From Candidatus Zixiibacteriota bacterium (GTDB taxonomy: Bacteria > Zixibacteria > MSB-5A5 > GN15 > FEB-12), in the NCBI GenBank assembly GCA_023132995.1, contig JAGLXI010000243.1:1-28717 (forward strand): DNA of 28,717 bases, given 5' to 3'. The translations under genes were made by a program, and so were the position numbers. The stretch's first letter is position 1. The number at the start of each line of letters is the position of its first letter. Below the pieces are notes generated by a model, which had not been told where the DNA came from, ran no database searches, and saw only the letters and a list, made by a program, of their open reading frames with translations. Shown in pieces: positions 27,595-28,717 of the stretch.

Positions 27595-27613
27595 GTTGCG
27601 CCGGAGGCGCAAC
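27595..27613 (+). terminator. Hairpin after the GH57 gene
   Basis: GTTGCGCC-GGA-GGCGCAAC, perfect 8-bp stem, no U-tract. Confidence 0.35.
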
Positions 27614-27642
27614 AGAGCACGGGGGCTGGGCGAACATTTCTT

Positions 27643-27671
27643 TTGTCAACCGGGAGCGGCAGGGTTATCTT
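27643..27671 (+). promoter_or_regulatory. Putative sigma70 promoter giving a leaderless cobB transcript
   Basis: TTGTCA-N17-TATCTT ends 6 nt before ATG 27678. No Shine-Dalgarno sequence. Confidence 0.55.
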
Positions 27672-27677
27672 GCGGCC

Positions 27678-28430
27678 ATGTTTGAAGAACTGGTTGACAT
27701 CATGGTCAACTGCCGCCGGTGCGCTGTGCTGACCGGGGCGGGCATATCAGCCGAGTCCGGGGTTCCCACCTTCCGCGGCAAAGAGGGACTGTGGGGAAAG
27801 TTCAGGCCGGAAGAGTTGGCCACAATGTCGGCCTTCATGTCCAATCCGAAAATCGTGTGGGAGTGGTACAACTGGCGGCGCGACCTGATGGCGAAAGTGC
27901 AGCCCAATCCGGGGCATTTCGCTCTCGGTGAGATGGAAAAGGCGTTTGAGCAGTTTACCCTGATCACCCAGAATGTCGACGGACTTCACCGCCAGGCCGG
28001 ATCTGAGAACATGCTGGAACTACACGGGAACATCCACCGAAACAAGTGCGCAGAGTGCAACGCTGCGGTGGACGGGCAGATAGAAATAGACCCCGACGAT
28101 ATCCCCTCCTGCGCGCAGTGCGGCGGCAGTATCCGCCCCGACGTGGTCTGGTTCGGCGAGATGCTTGACGCCGATATCATCGACGCCGCCTTTGATGCGG
28201 CTCAGCAGGCGGAGCTGTTCTTCTCGGTCGGCACGTCGGCGTTGGTGCAGCCGGCGGCTTCGCTTCCGGTGGTGGCCAAGAGAGCCGGTTCGACATTAGT
28301 TGAAGTCAACATGGAACGTACGCCCTTGAGTGATTTGGCAGATTTCCACTTCTGCGGCCCTTCCGGCGAGCTTCTTCCCCGGTTGATGGAGCTGTTCCGC
28401 AGGCGGAAGGACGGCGGCGATGGCGGCTGA
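27678..28430 (+). CDS. cobB: NAD-dependent protein deacylase (class III sirtuin)
   Basis: GAGISAESGVPTFRG, VWEWYNWRR, TQNVDGLH, LHG, CxxC...CxxC, RPDVVWFGE and GTS. Confidence 0.95.
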   Translation: MFEELVDIMVNCRRCAVLTGAGISAESGVPTFRGKEGLWGKFRPEELATMSAFMSNPKIVWEWYNWRRDLMAKVQPNPGHFALGEMEKAFEQFTLITQNVDGLHRQAGSENMLELHGNIHRNKCAECNAAVDGQIEIDPDDIPSCAQCGGSIRPDVVWFGEMLDADIIDAAFDAAQQAELFFSVGTSALVQPAASLPVVAKRAGSTLVEVNMERTPLSDLADFHFCGPSGELLPRLMELFRRRKDGGDGG

Positions 28431-28487
28431 AACCAGCCTGCCGGTTGACAGGTATAATGGTGGGTTCGTTGAAAAAGCGTACCGTGC

Positions 28488-28550
28488 CCCGTGGACGTCC
28501 TCGTCTGCCGGGTAGTGGTTGGCAGGTGCACGAGGACGTACACCTGCCAC
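28488..28550. repeat. Inverted doublet of REP-like hairpins sharing the loop GTCCTC
   Basis: Plus GTGGAC-GTCCTC-GTCTGC. Minus GT-GGCAGGTGTAC-GTCCTC-GTGCACCTGCC, an 11-bp stem. Confidence 0.65.
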
Positions 28551-28666
28551 AGAGGATGGGAATGACGGTGGAGCGGGAATAACCCGCCACGAGAGGTAGG
28601 TACTGTTTTGAATTCCGTTGCGAGTCCCTCAACAACACGTTGTGTGAACTACAGCAAGAGGGTCCA

Positions 28667-28717
28667 TTGAAAGTGGTGATTTCGCGCTTGAAACATTGGG
28701 TTCCGCTGATCATCGTC
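28667..28717 (+). CDS. Possible N-terminus of a secreted or membrane protein, cut by the window edge
   Basis: GAGGG RBS, then TTG start giving MKVVISRLKHWVPLIIV (basic then hydrophobic). Only 17 codons are visible. Confidence 0.35.
   Translation, partial: MKVVISRLKHWVPLIIV

Noticed and set aside
19188-28430. TIR + sirtuin as a Thoeris system
   Set aside because: The sirtuin is 7.4 kb away on the opposite strand and is a normal class III CobB with Zn finger. It has no SLOG or Macro domain as in ThsA.
28445-28458. TTGACA and TATAAT after cobB
   Set aside because: The two hexamers are only 2 nt apart and cannot form a single sigma70 promoter.

Overview
This is GC-rich bacterial chromosome (about 60% GC), most likely FCB superphylum and Zixibacteria-like. 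That assignment is an inference from a QNYPNPFNP C-terminal sorting tail and an expanded SecA cross-linking domain. The left part (1-8458, all minus strand) holds cell-envelope genes: a multi-Ig-domain protein running off the window edge, a DUF2884/YggN-like protein with an ECF-type promoter, an FN3-5xPKD surface protein, a COG3014 + LpoB-like lipoprotein pair and an MscS channel. The middle (8992-18792) is a Ser/Thr phospho-signalling cluster: FecR-like secreted protein + CHASE2-PP2C, FHA-GAF-PP2C + membrane Hanks kinase with TPRs, and a divergent STAS protein. The right part is housekeeping: secA, rsgA, mlaD-like, GH57 and cobB. Two lower-GC accessory inserts interrupt this backbone. One is a 2-TM protein plus a small basic protein (12216-13218). 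The other is a TIR-domain gene that starts in frame immediately after the secA TAG stop (19188-20270). Each insert ends against a mosaic cluster of REP-like hairpins, and the two clusters share motif families. No rRNA, tRNA, CRISPR array, integrase or transposase was seen. All domain calls come from motif recognition by eye, not database searches.
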